This document shows, in pieces, positions 19,110 through 29,050 of a DNA stretch of 48,437 nt. The first letter of the stretch is position 1. Every line of letters starts with the position of its first letter. The position numbers and the translations under genes are program-made. Where the stretch lies: the NCBI GenBank assembly GCA_045106415.1, contig JBGCEP010000009.1, positions 1 to 48,437 on the forward strand. The letters run 5' to 3'. The notes below the pieces were generated by a model, which searched no databases, was not told where the DNA came from, and saw nothing but the letters and a program-made list of their open reading frames with translations. This DNA is from Oligoflexales bacterium (GTDB lineage: Bacteria > Bdellovibrionota_B > Oligoflexia > Oligoflexales > Bog-1112).

Positions 19110-21320
19110 TTATGTGTGAATTTGTATAGTTGAGGTTCGAGGCATGTATCTATTTTCAATGTTTTGAATCAAGTCTTTTTCTAAAGATTTTAATTGTATC
19201 GGGCGAAGATTTGTCTCAATGTTATCCCAGTCAATTTGTTTTTCACTTTGCTCAGAGGGAGTGTTTTGAGAAAAGTCTTGATTTTGACCTTCGTAAAGAT
19301 TTTCATCTTGATGGTTTTGAGATTCGGACTCTGTTCCTAAATCGACGCTGACTAATTTCATCTGATGGTCATTGAGTTTGTTCTGCAGAACGGGAAGTCC
19401 TGCTGAAATTTTTTCTTTCAATTCATCTGATTGTGCAACAACTTTAATGCGGACATCATCTCCATCAATTTGTACGCTCAGACCAATGCCTTCTTGGTGT
19501 CCCATTTCTTCTTGTAGGTCAATGAAAATTGTTCCTCCACCTTCTTCAACGAGAAGCTGAGATCTTTCTAAAATTTTTTGAGCTGCCTTCTGTGTGGGGA
19601 GTGTGTCAATAGAATCTTGTTCATGGAAGTGTGTTGCGATTTCTTCAAAAGACACAGGAGCTTGAGGGATGATTTTTTGGGATGTAGGATTTTGAGATTC
19701 TTGATGACTTTGCTCAGACTCTCTTTCGTTACTTTTTTCTTCTTTGTGGTCTTCGTTTGAGATGTTCTGTATAGCTTTTGCATCTAAGGTTTTTTGAATA
19801 TTTGCTGTTTTCATGACAGAAGATATTTCTTTTTTAGGTTCTGTATTTTTAATGTTGTCTTCTTGAAGAGTATTAGGGCTATTAAGTTTTGTTTCTGTGT
19901 CATTTTTATCGCTGGCGTGGGTTCTTACGGTGTCTGAATCAGGAGGTGTATTTAAAACATTATTTTTTGGGTGAGTTACCGAAGCGGTATCAGTTTCTTT
20001 TATTTGTGTTTGATCAAGAGAGAGGCGTTGAAGCGGTTGATTTTCCGTTGATGAATATTCAGAGTTGCTCTGATTGTTTATGCTGTTTCCCGTTTTCTTG
20101 TTTATTGCGTTACTGAATATGGGTAGAGTGTCATCATTTGGAAGTTGCTGAACTTCATTTGAAGGAACAATGCTTTTCTTATTCTGGTTTTTTATGAAAG
20201 CAGTTAATTGTGCGTCTGATGGTTCTAAATTTTGTTCTTTTTTCTGTTCTGTGTGAGACTCAATATTTTTTGCGTGAGTCATCATGGCTAGGTTTTTTTT
20301 ATGGTCCTGTGAGGGGTTTTTTGGTATCTGAAGTTGATGTGGTTTTTGTGAATGATTCATCATTCTCAGGGGATTTTGTGAGTGATTATTTCCTTCAATT
20401 TTCTTGAGTTTCTGCAAATGATTGATAGTCTGTTGATTATTAATTTTATGCGGAGTATTTGAGGGATTGTGTTGCGGCCCGCTGAGGTTATTTTTAGTGT
20501 GTGTAGAAAATCCTTGGGCAAGCTTTATGGGTTCAGATTTGTTGATTTTTTTTTCTTCAGGCTGTTGTTCTTTTAATGGCGTGTGTGTTTGGTTGTGCTG
20601 ATTTACAAAGTTTTGTTTTTTGGATATTTCATGTGCTGACTGTTCTAGTTCTGAAATTTTTTCTTCGTCTTTTTTGAATGTTTTCCCAAAGTTTTGAATC
20701 TGAACTGCTTTTGCTCTTGCTACATAATGAGGGATGCCGTCTTTTGTAAGTTTATGCCTTAACCGGTTGAGGCCTTTTATAACTTTTTGAGGATCAATTC
20801 CAATTGCTTTAAAGAATTTCAGAGGGGTTGTTTTCTTTTCGAGAGAAAATCCTTTTTGTAGAGCTTTTGTTAATACTTTGGGTGGTAAATTGATCATTTC
20901 AGCAATTTCAGCTATAGACATTTCTTTTTGAAGAACTGTTTCAATAGGGTTAGATAAGGATTGTTGTATAAATGGATTTTCAGTGATGACTTTAGGAATG
21001 GATTCAGGTGTGACTTGTTCCAGTCTATCGATAAGAAGAGCTAATACAGGAATGTTTGCTGTTGCTTCGTAGTCTTCGCCAAAAATTTCTGTGAATTCAT
21101 TTTCCGTTCCATTGTTGCGAGATTTTTGAACAAGAGAATTAATAATGTTTCTTGTTTTTTCAGTAGTTTTTATTGGTTGAGCTTCCGCTGTATCCATAAA
21201 ATTTGGTGACGTGTCGCCTTCCTGTTTATCGTTGATGACAGAGGGTTTTTGCGCTCCAATATTTGGCGCGCTAGGGGGAGGTGGAAGTAATGTATTTAGT
21301 GCTGATGCTGACACGGGCAC
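19110..21320 (-). CDS. fliK: flagellar hook-length control protein
   Basis: Long Q/N/H/T low-complexity middle; C-terminal T3S4-like domain (GGGTIFIDL...VQIDGDDVRIKV...GLPVLQNKL); immediately upstream of flgD; AAAGGA RBS before GTG. Confidence 0.8.
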   Translation of the reverse strand: MPVSASALNTLLPPPPSAPNIGAQKPSVINDKQEGDTSPNFMDTAEAQPIKTTEKTRNIINSLVQKSRNNGTENEFTEIFGEDYEATANIPVLALLIDRLEQVTPESIPKVITENPFIQQSLSNPIETVLQKEMSIAEIAEMINLPPKVLTKALQKGFSLEKKTTPLKFFKAIGIDPQKVIKGLNRLRHKLTKDGIPHYVARAKAVQIQNFGKTFKKDEEKISELEQSAHEISKKQNFVNQHNQTHTPLKEQQPEEKKINKSEPIKLAQGFSTHTKNNLSGPQHNPSNTPHKINNQQTINHLQKLKKIEGNNHSQNPLRMMNHSQKPHQLQIPKNPSQDHKKNLAMMTHAKNIESHTEQKKEQNLEPSDAQLTAFIKNQNKKSIVPSNEVQQLPNDDTLPIFSNAINKKTGNSINNQSNSEYSSTENQPLQRLSLDQTQIKETDTASVTHPKNNVLNTPPDSDTVRTHASDKNDTETKLNSPNTLQEDNIKNTEPKKEISSVMKTANIQKTLDAKAIQNISNEDHKEEKSNERESEQSHQESQNPTSQKIIPQAPVSFEEIATHFHEQDSIDTLPTQKAAQKILERSQLLVEEGGGTIFIDLQEEMGHQEGIGLSVQIDGDDVRIKVVAQSDELKEKISAGLPVLQNKLNDHQMKLVSVDLGTESESQNHQDENLYEGQNQDFSQNTPSEQSEKQIDWDNIETNLRPIQLKSLEKDLIQNIENRYMPRTSTIQIHT

Positions 21321-21458
21321 TCCTTTATGAACTCTTATCCACCGTGGAAGAAATTTTTATTTCCGAGGGTGTGAAAGATATATCCATAGCTTAACGAGTT
21401 TAGGGTGTTTGTCTCTGGGGAGAAGCTGCAGGGCAAATTAAACTAGGTAGGAAAAGCT

Positions 21459-22199
21459 CTAATTGGCCCGTCTGGGGATGAACGCTACAGATTCAAGTTC
21501 TGATATCGTGTCGTTAAGTTTATCGCGATAACGTCCAGGTATTTCTAAGAACTCTATCCCGCAGCCAGGTGGTAAACCCTGTGTGTGACTCCGACGCACC
21601 CATCGGATAATTCCTACCCCTTCAATGCGAGGAAGAGCTCCAGATTGGAAGTCAAGAGCCAGGCGAGTGATATCACCCTCACTAGGAAAATCTCCCCCAG
21701 AGAGTTGAATGAAAACTCCTCCATGGCCAAGTGCAAGTCGACCGTTCTTTTGAGCGACTTCGTAACTTTCTATGCGAACCTCGAAAATTCCAGTGGGTCG
21801 AGATCCTTTTGTGCCTTTTGAGTGAGACCACCTTGTGCTTCTCGGTTTAATAAGGCGTTGAAGTTCATTGATGACGCGAGATTGTGAAAATGGCTTCGTG
21901 TAGATTGCGCTAGCCCCTAAATCCATCATCATATCAATGGAGGTGTCTGCTTGTGAGGTCATGAACGCAAAACAAGGTGTGTCAGCATCAGTAAGCCGGA
22001 CTTGCTGTAGGAGTGATGCTCCCCCCGAGCTTTGTGTGGTCTTGTAGTCTGCGAGAATAGCGCTGAATGTGTTCTTGCTGATTTCTTCCTCAGCGTCAAT
22101 TAACGAGCCAGCGAGCTTAACTTGAAACCCAGCTTTTGAAAATTTTGCCTCAGTGAAGTTGGCTTGTTCTGTATCTTCATCTACGATCAAAATGTGCAT
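21459..22199 (-). CDS. response regulator receiver plus degenerate PilZ domain protein
   Basis: ILIVDED, ILADY, FMTS and YTKPF receiver motifs; C-terminal GGVFI...G.IRWVR...PPGCGIEF PilZ fold. Confidence 0.85.
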   Translation of the reverse strand: MHILIVDEDTEQANFTEAKFSKAGFQVKLAGSLIDAEEEISKNTFSAILADYKTTQSSGGASLLQQVRLTDADTPCFAFMTSQADTSIDMMMDLGASAIYTKPFSQSRVINELQRLIKPRSTRWSHSKGTKGSRPTGIFEVRIESYEVAQKNGRLALGHGGVFIQLSGGDFPSEGDITRLALDFQSGALPRIEGVGIIRWVRRSHTQGLPPGCGIEFLEIPGRYRDKLNDTISELESVAFIPRRAN

Positions 22200-22391
22200 A
22201 GCGCTACGCCCTTATTCTAACTATTAATGCTATCGGCGCAAATTCGTTAAAAATCGATTTAAGATCTATATCCAATTGATATAAAAGAAGGTTGGTGATG
22301 AACCCAGAGAGTTTTGATGATTATAAGCAAGAATAAATGCCTTGATTTTTGCTTTAAGGTTCAAGATACATTATAGAAATACCAAAATTCC

Positions 22392-22420
22392 TTGACAGAG
22401 TGCAGCAAAGACACCAAGAT
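22392..22420 (+). promoter_or_regulatory. putative sigma70 promoter of the rplU operon
   Basis: TTGACA-N17-CAAGAT about 70 bp upstream of rplU. Confidence 0.45.
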
Positions 22421-22488
22421 GGACAGCTGTTACGGTCGGGGTTGTAGATATCCGGTCGTTCACATGATGGAATTGAGGAGCATCTCAA

Positions 22489-22800
22489 ATGTATGCAGTA
22501 ATCCGCACAGGCGGCCACCAATACCGTGTTCGGGAAGGTGAAGTTCTTAAAGTATCGAAGCTTCCTGGTGAAGACGGGGGTCAAGTTTCCTTTGACGACG
22601 TCTTAATGTTGGGTGAAGGTAAAGAGTTACGTGTTGGAAAGCCGACGTTGGAAGGCGTTCGTGTTTCTGGGACTATCAAAGCTCAGTACCGAGAACCTAA
22701 AATCACTATTTTCAAATTTCGACGACGCAAGAACTCGAAAACAACTCGTGGTCATAGACAACATATGACTGTCGTCACTATCGACAAGATTCACGCGTAA
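22489..22800 (+). CDS. rplU: 50S ribosomal protein L21
   Basis: MYAVIRTGGHQYRV and FKFRRRKN..GHRQ motifs. Confidence 0.98.
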   Translation: MYAVIRTGGHQYRVREGEVLKVSKLPGEDGGQVSFDDVLMLGEGKELRVGKPTLEGVRVSGTIKAQYREPKITIFKFRRRKNSKTTRGHRQHMTVVTIDKIHA

Positions 22801-22812
22801 AGGTAATTAGCA

Positions 22813-23076
22813 ATGGCACATAAAAAAGCCGGTGGTAGTACCAAGAATGGTCGCGATTCCAACTCCCAGAGGCGCGGCGTTAAATCATATGGTGGGACAT
22901 TGGTGAATGCAGGAACAATCCTGGTTCGTCAAGTTGGTGCAACTTTTAAACCTGGCGACAATGTTGGCTGTGGTAAGGATTATACGCTTTTTGCAAAAGT
23001 GCGTGGTCACGTTAAATTTGAAAACGTAACTCGTACGCGGCAAAAAATCTCGATTATCCCTGCAGAAGCAAACTAA
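22813..23076 (+). CDS. rpmA: 50S ribosomal protein L27
   Basis: [16 protein letters not shown] and GKDYTLFA motifs. Confidence 0.98.
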   Translation: MAHKKAGGSTKNGRDSNSQRRGVKSYGGTLVNAGTILVRQVGATFKPGDNVGCGKDYTLFAKVRGHVKFENVTRTRQKISIIPAEAN

Positions 23077-23099
23077 GTCGCCCAATATAGGGCTCTAAG

Positions 23100-24131
23100 A
23101 TGTTCGTAGATCAAACTGAAATTCATGTCCGTTCTGGAGATGGTGGTCCAGGTATGTGCAGTTTTATGACTGCTCCATACCGTCCTGACCTCGGACCCAG
23201 TGGCGGGAATGGCGGTGTTGGGGGTGATGTTTATCTTATCGCCTCTAAGAATATGAACACTTTGAGTTCGTTGGGCTATCGTCAGATGTATCGAGCCGAT
23301 CATGGCGCTAAGGGTTTGAGTCAAAACAAAACCGGGCGTGGTGGTCGAGCAAAGAAAATTCGTGTCCCAATCGGCACTGTTGTGTTTGATCGAGAGACAG
23401 GAGAATGCTTAGGTGATTTATCGTCTCTTAATGCTGAAATTCTCGTGGCTCAAGGTGGTAAACGTGGATATGGTAATATTCATTTTACAACACCAACTGA
23501 TCGAGCGCCGCGCAAGTCAACGCCAGGTGAGAAGGGGGTTGCTAGAACGCTTCGTTTGGAGCTTAAGCTTCTAGCAGATGTTGGTCTGGCTGGTTTTCCA
23601 AATGCAGGGAAATCGAGTTTGCTTCGACGTTGTTCGGCAGCAGAGCCTAAGGTTGCAGACTACCCATTTACAACCCGCCATCCACAGTTAGGTGTTGTTG
23701 ATGCTGGTGATTATCAGTCGTTCGTTATGGCTGATATTCCAGGTCTTCTTGAAGGTGCTTCGACAGGCCGTGGTTTGGGACACGAGTTTTTAAGACATCT
23801 TGAGAGAACAAGAGCGATTGCTTATGTTATTGACTGCCTGGATTGGGAGCGAGAGCCTGAGCAAGCTTATGATATTTTGAGCTCTGAAATGAGCGCGTAT
23901 CAGATTGATTTTAAGAAAAAGAAATCCCTAGTTGTTCTCAATAAAGTTGATCTTATGCCTGATCAAGAAGACAGAGATAAGATTCTTAATCTTTTCAAGA
24001 AGAAAGGTTTGGAAGTCTTGTGTGTGTCTACAGCTTCAGGTGAGGGACTTTTGCCATTAAAAAGAAGATTGTTTGAATTGACTCGAGCTTCGGATGTTGA
24101 ACATGATGGTTCACCTGCGATGTATGCGTAA
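23100..24131 (+). CDS. obgE: GTPase Obg/CgtA
   Basis: Gly-rich Obg fold; LELKLLADVGLAGFPNAGKS, YPFTT, DIPG and NKVD. Confidence 0.97.
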   Translation: MFVDQTEIHVRSGDGGPGMCSFMTAPYRPDLGPSGGNGGVGGDVYLIASKNMNTLSSLGYRQMYRADHGAKGLSQNKTGRGGRAKKIRVPIGTVVFDRETGECLGDLSSLNAEILVAQGGKRGYGNIHFTTPTDRAPRKSTPGEKGVARTLRLELKLLADVGLAGFPNAGKSSLLRRCSAAEPKVADYPFTTRHPQLGVVDAGDYQSFVMADIPGLLEGASTGRGLGHEFLRHLERTRAIAYVIDCLDWEREPEQAYDILSSEMSAYQIDFKKKKSLVVLNKVDLMPDQEDRDKILNLFKKKGLEVLCVSTASGEGLLPLKRRLFELTRASDVEHDGSPAMYA

Positions 24132-24198
24132 CAATTTAAATGGCAGTTTTTTTCTCCTCTTTTTTACGTGCTTTCAAGCGACAAGTTGTGGTCAAGGA

Positions 24199-24783
24199 AT
24201 GAATTTAGAGTCTCCGATTATTTTTTATGGTGGCAGTTTTAATCCTCCTCATCTTGGGCATGATCAAATTATTCAAAATGTGTTGAATGAATCTCCCGAC
24301 TCTCAAGTCTGGGTTGTTCCATCTGCAGCACCAGCTGCGGCTAAAGGACAAGTCCCCAAGCGTGATCTTGCCCCTTTTGTGGATCGTCTGGAAATGTGTC
24401 GTCGAGCTTTTGCGCATTTTGGAGATAAGGTTTATGTGTCTGATCTTGAAAAAGACCCAGATACAACCCACTATACTTGGGATTCGTTAGAGCAACTACC
24501 GAGGGAAGCTAAAGGTTTAGTCGTTGGTGGAGACCAGTACGAGTCATTTGACCGCTGGCACCGAGCGAATGATCTTCTTGAGAAGACTTCGCTTTATGTT
24601 CAGCCTCGAGACGGGAGTTCCCAGATCGAGAGGTCAGGTGTGACGTTTTTAAATGGCGATTTTCATAGTGCTTCTAGTACAAAAATTCGTGCAGCATTGT
24701 TGCATGAAGAGCTCTTAATTTTAAAGGCATGGTTGAACCCTGAGGTTCTTTCTTGGATTCAACAGAATGACTTATATATGTAA
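24199..24783 (+). CDS. nadD: nicotinate-nucleotide adenylyltransferase
   Basis: YGGSFNPPHLGH, GGD...F.RWH and SSTKIR motifs; conserved obg-nadD-rsfS order. Confidence 0.92.
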   Translation: MNLESPIIFYGGSFNPPHLGHDQIIQNVLNESPDSQVWVVPSAAPAAAKGQVPKRDLAPFVDRLEMCRRAFAHFGDKVYVSDLEKDPDTTHYTWDSLEQLPREAKGLVVGGDQYESFDRWHRANDLLEKTSLYVQPRDGSSQIERSGVTFLNGDFHSASSTKIRAALLHEELLILKAWLNPEVLSWIQQNDLYM

Positions 24784-24794
24784 CTGGAGAAAAT

Positions 24795-25127
24795 ATGGAT
24801 CTTCTTAAAATTATTCACAATGCAGCAACGGAATTAAAATCTGAAGATATTGTTGTCTTTGATGTCCGTGGTCTTTCTGACGTTTGTGATACCCAAATGA
24901 TTTGTTCAGCTCAATCCACAAAGCAAGTGCAGGCTATTGCAGATCACATTGAAGCTGTTTGCCGTCAACAGGCCCATTTGCGCCCCGCAAGTGTTGAAGG
25001 AAAGAATAGTGGAAATTGGATTTTGCTTGATTATGGCGCAGTCATTGTCCATGTCTTTATGTCAGAAATGCGTTCTTATTATGCGCTAGAATCTCTTTGG
25101 AAGAACGCTGAGACTATAGAGCTGTGA
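24795..25127 (+). CDS. rsfS: ribosome silencing factor
   Basis: K.EDIVVFDV, EG...GNWILLDYG.VIVHVF and R.YY.LESLW motifs. Confidence 0.96.
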   Translation: MDLLKIIHNAATELKSEDIVVFDVRGLSDVCDTQMICSAQSTKQVQAIADHIEAVCRQQAHLRPASVEGKNSGNWILLDYGAVIVHVFMSEMRSYYALESLWKNAETIEL

Positions 25128-25555
25128 ACATAGAGCTTGTTAAAGTTGGAAAGCCTTCGTTAAGAGAAGCGGAACACTTGGCTGGAGAGTACCATAAGCG
25201 TTTGAAGACTTTTGGGCAGCTTCAAGTGCGTTTATTTCGACATGAAAAGCAGTTTCTTGCATTAACTAAAAATCCCGATTTGCGAGAAATTCTTTTAGAT
25301 GAACATGGAAAACAACTGAGTTCTCCAGAGCTTTCTCAAGAATTAAAAGCGATTAAAGAGCAAGGAGTTTGGCGAGGAGTTCGTTTTGTTGTTGGTGGTC
25401 CAGATGGTTTTTCTGATCAAGCAAAATCACGTGCTGACATGACCTGGAGTTTGTCTCGAGCTGTTTTTCCTTCTGATATTGCCTGGTTTCTTGTGGCCGA
25501 GCAAGTTTATAGAGGCTTTTCTATTCTCAGTGGGCACCCCTATCATAGAGAATAG
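25124..25555 (+). CDS. rlmH: 23S rRNA (pseudouridine1915-N3)-methyltransferase
   Basis: VGK, LDEHGKQLSS, FVVGGPDG and EQVYR...GHPYHRE motifs. Confidence 0.95.
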   Translation: MNIELVKVGKPSLREAEHLAGEYHKRLKTFGQLQVRLFRHEKQFLALTKNPDLREILLDEHGKQLSSPELSQELKAIKEQGVWRGVRFVVGGPDGFSDQAKSRADMTWSLSRAVFPSDIAWFLVAEQVYRGFSILSGHPYHRE

Positions 25556-25833
25556 TTTTAGCACGACTTTTTTCTGTCGTTGATAAATATTTAGTAAGTG
25601 AGTCAACAACAAGAAGACTTATTCAAGCGTCGAACTGTAAGTAGTTAGCATTTTGAAGGTGTTTTTGCTGCGCTTTGTTAGAAAAATAATTAAATAAAAT
25701 TAATATTTTAAATTGTTTAAAAAAACACGTTGAGTATGAGAGTTTTTTTTTAAGTGACCTCAGCTCTAAGGTTCGATAGAAGTGTGCAAACCATGGTCGA
25801 TGGTTTTGATCTGTGAGTTTATGAAAGGTCGTT

Positions 25834-28407
25834 ATGAAAAAGAAAACAATTACTCCTATGATGCAACAGTATTATGATCTCAAAAAACAATGTGAGGATC
25901 ATATACTGTTTTTTCGTATGGGAGATTTTTATGAAATCTTTGATACCGATGCTGTTGATGTAGCCCCTAAACTAGGGTTGACTTTGACAAGTCGTGAACG
26001 AGGAGATCAAAATAAAGTACCTTTTTGTGGGGTTCCTCACCACAGTGCGCGAGGCTATTGGCTTAAGTTGCTGCAGCTTGGGTATAGAGTGTCTATTGCC
26101 GATCAGGTTGAAGATGCAGCTTTAGCGCAAGGCTTGGTAAGAAGAGAAATTATTCGAACTTTGACTCCAGGGTGTATTGATGACCTCGACGGTTTAGAGT
26201 CCTCAGCCCCAAATTATTTGATGGGGTGCTGGGAAGAACCAAGTCAAGGAAATTGGGCTGTTTTCTTAGTTGATATTTCAACTGGAGAATTAAGGCTAGG
26301 GCGGGTTGAATCCTTGTCAGAAGTCGTCTCTGTGGTTCAACGATTTGAGCCAAAAGAGCTTTTGGTTCGCCGATTTTGTTTAGATATGGTTAGAGAGGCC
26401 TTGGAGGCTGTTAATTTAGATATGCTTTATGGGTGTCTTGCTGAGGGTGCTTTAAGAGACCCTGATATGGATGTTTTGAAGGCTGCCTTTGGAACGTTAG
26501 TTATAGAGGAGCACCCTTGTGGCCCTGTTGCTGGTGGTGTCCCTTTGTTGGCTGCGTTGATTGTACATCTAAATCATTTGAAAATGAACGTGGGCTTCCG
26601 AGTGGTATTGCCTCTCTATGAAGCAGAGCGCTTGCATTTAAATGAGATTGCAATTCGTGACCTTGAGCTTTTTGAAACTCAGGCACGTCGAGACCGCAAG
26701 TCTAGTTTGATTGGCCGTGTGGACTATACGGTGACTCCTATGGGTTCAAGGAAATTGAGGTACGATCTTTCTCACCCTTGGGTGCAATCCTCGCGGATTG
26801 AAAAGAGTCATCAAGCTGTAGCTGCCTTTGTAGACTGTGGGCAAGAGACTGTGGGTGGGCTACGTAAAAATTTAAAATCATACGCGACAGATTTAGAACG
26901 TTTAGCGGTTTTGTTACAAAGAGGTCGAGTACAGCCTCAAGATTTAAGAAAATTACAAAGTGGACTTCGAAGCGCTTGCTGTATGTCGGATTTTTTGACA
27001 ACGCATCCCAATTTTGAGGGGCAAGATTGGGATGTTCGAAGGGATGTTTTAGGTGTAAGCGCCGAGCTAGAAGCTCTTTTAGGGAGCCGTTTGGTTGAAG
27101 AGCCTGGTGCCTTGGGGACTGGTCGTGGTGTTTTTCGCAGTGGTTTTGATCGCGTTTTAGACGAGAAGCTAAGGTTGACAGAAAACAGCGAAGCGATGGT
27201 AGCTGAGTTTGAGGAGCGCTTGAGAGGTTCGACTGGGATCTCAAGTTTAAAAACGAAAAGGCATAAAACATATGGTTTGTTGTTAGAGGTTACAAAATCG
27301 AATCTGAAAAAGGTTCCGGAAGATTTTATACGCCGCCAGACGATGGTGAACTGTGAACGATTCGTAACAAGTGAGCTTGTTGAATTAGATGAATCTTTAA
27401 TGAACGCTGTCGAGCAAGCGGTGATTCGAGAGCAAGAACTTTTCATTAGCCTGGTGAGTGATTTAGCATTTCATTTTGACGCGATTGTGAACATTGCTCG
27501 TGTGATGGCGGAAGTTGATGTTCTTCAAAGTCATGCTTGGTTGGCAGTGACGGAAAATTATACGAAGGCTGAAACAACGAATCGTGAAATTTACCTATAT
27601 GCCTCTCGACACCCAGTGGCGGAGTTTCATGTAGGTAAACACCAATATGTACCAAACACTATTCATCTTTTAGAAGATGCGAAGCATATGGTCATTACGG
27701 GTCCTAATATGGCTGGAAAATCAACAGTTATGAGGCAAACCGCGCTGTGTGCCATTTTAAATCAAGCAGGTGGTTACGTTCCTGCTGAAAAAGCTGCTTT
27801 ACCTGTTTTTGATCAAATCTTTACAAGAGTTGGAGCATCAGATGATATCTCACGTGGTTTGTCGACTTTTATGGTTGAGATGTCTGAAGCTGCTATGATT
27901 TTAAGGCAGTCGACCCACAAAAGTTTAGTGATACTGGATGAGGTTGGTAGAGGGACGTCTACTGAAGATGGTTTAGCTATTGCACTTGCTATTTTGGAAG
28001 AGTTGGTAAAGGAAGTTGATTGTTGGACGCTTTTTGCGACGCACTACCATGAGCTTGTACCACTTGTTTCAGAGTTGAAGAATGTTTGTCTTGCTCAAAC
28101 TGAAGTTGTTAAGCGGCAAGGAGGGGTTCGGTTTACTCATAGATTGGTTGAAGGGTCGAGTGGAAGCTCTTATGGCATTGAAGTTGCAAAAATAGCGGGT
28201 GTTCCCGAACATGTTGTTGCACGCGCGCGGGAAAATTTACTCCGCGAAAAACCAGTTGTTCATAGAGTTGATGAAAAGTTAAATGATGATTTTGAAATCA
28301 TTGAGAAGCTGGAAAATGTGTCGCTGCCAACGATGACTCCGATGGATGCTATGAATTTTCTTAATGAATTGTGTCAGATAGCTGAGATAAATTCATCGAA
28401 TCGATAG
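25834..28407 (+). CDS. mutS: DNA mismatch repair protein MutS
   Basis: TPMMQQY, FFRMGDFYE, ITGPNMAGKST, STFMVEM, DEVGRGT and ATHYHEL motifs. Confidence 0.98.
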   Translation: MKKKTITPMMQQYYDLKKQCEDHILFFRMGDFYEIFDTDAVDVAPKLGLTLTSRERGDQNKVPFCGVPHHSARGYWLKLLQLGYRVSIADQVEDAALAQGLVRREIIRTLTPGCIDDLDGLESSAPNYLMGCWEEPSQGNWAVFLVDISTGELRLGRVESLSEVVSVVQRFEPKELLVRRFCLDMVREALEAVNLDMLYGCLAEGALRDPDMDVLKAAFGTLVIEEHPCGPVAGGVPLLAALIVHLNHLKMNVGFRVVLPLYEAERLHLNEIAIRDLELFETQARRDRKSSLIGRVDYTVTPMGSRKLRYDLSHPWVQSSRIEKSHQAVAAFVDCGQETVGGLRKNLKSYATDLERLAVLLQRGRVQPQDLRKLQSGLRSACCMSDFLTTHPNFEGQDWDVRRDVLGVSAELEALLGSRLVEEPGALGTGRGVFRSGFDRVLDEKLRLTENSEAMVAEFEERLRGSTGISSLKTKRHKTYGLLLEVTKSNLKKVPEDFIRRQTMVNCERFVTSELVELDESLMNAVEQAVIREQELFISLVSDLAFHFDAIVNIARVMAEVDVLQSHAWLAVTENYTKAETTNREIYLYASRHPVAEFHVGKHQYVPNTIHLLEDAKHMVITGPNMAGKSTVMRQTALCAILNQAGGYVPAEKAALPVFDQIFTRVGASDDISRGLSTFMVEMSEAAMILRQSTHKSLVILDEVGRGTSTEDGLAIALAILEELVKEVDCWTLFATHYHELVPLVSELKNVCLAQTEVVKRQGGVRFTHRLVEGSSGSSYGIEVAKIAGVPEHVVARARENLLREKPVVHRVDEKLNDDFEIIEKLENVSLPTMTPMDAMNFLNELCQIAEINSSNR

Positions 28408-28606
28408 AAAAATTGATGATTTAGACTGGTCATGTGGATATATCTTATGGTATCAATGGCTTCATTAGATAATGTGTATCACAGTCTTTAAAAAGATAAC
28501 TTCGTCGTGTTTGTATATGACAAGGGTTGGTAAACCCAGAGGTTGCCTTTCAAAGACTTGTGATATTGAGTGTCGTTAGACTTTGTATCGAAATGAGGGT
28601 GTCGGA

Positions 28607-29050
28607 ATGACCACAGAAACTGAGTCATCTACAAGCCGTGTTGAAATTGCCGATTCTGATCTTTTCTCTCGAAAGGAAATGGAATCTTTTCTAGATTTAT
28701 TGACGATAGAGAAGCAAAAGATTCTTCAAAATGCAAAGTCTGCTGTTGAAGGTGGAAGTATCAAGCTTGATACAAGTGAGATGATGGATGAAGTTGATCT
28801 TGCTTCTGCTACTATTGAACAAAATTTGACGTTCCGCTTGCTTGACCGTGATCGTAGATTGCTAGGCGAAGTTGAGCGTGCCATGGCAAAAATGAATACG
28901 GGTGAGTATGGCTATTGTGAAGGGACTGGTGAACCAATTCCTAAGCGTCGCCTTGAGCTTGCTCCTTGGACCAGGCATAGCGTTAAACATAAAGAACACC
29001 TCGAGCGCATGAGAAAAAGCGGCCGAGGTGTTGCTGACGAAAATCTTTAA
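28607..29050 (+). CDS. dksA: RNA polymerase-binding factor DksA (one-cysteine type)
   Basis: DEVDLA (DxxDxA) coiled-coil tip; G.YGYCEGTGEPI..RRL..P. Confidence 0.88.
   Translation: MTTETESSTSRVEIADSDLFSRKEMESFLDLLTIEKQKILQNAKSAVEGGSIKLDTSEMMDEVDLASATIEQNLTFRLLDRDRRLLGEVERAMAKMNTGEYGYCEGTGEPIPKRRLELAPWTRHSVKHKEHLERMRKSGRGVADENL

Noticed and set aside
19400..20700. Low-complexity stretch as a tandem repeat array
   Set aside because: It is the Q/N/T/H-rich FliK linker; I saw no discrete nucleotide repeat unit.
21335..21343. DnaA-box-like TTATCCACC (and TGTGGATAT near 28433) as oriC
   Set aside because: Isolated single-mismatch boxes with no cluster and no dnaA or dnaN.
22421..22488. rplU 5' leader as a structured L21-leader RNA
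   Set aside because: Only weak pairing is visible; cannot be supported without a covariance search.
26738..27655. Antisense ORFs over mutS, and similar shadow ORFs over glmS, glmU, uvrD, yidC, mnmE, pgm and the TPR lipoprotein
   Set aside because: They lie within well-supported genes and have no motifs; expected by chance from codon structure.
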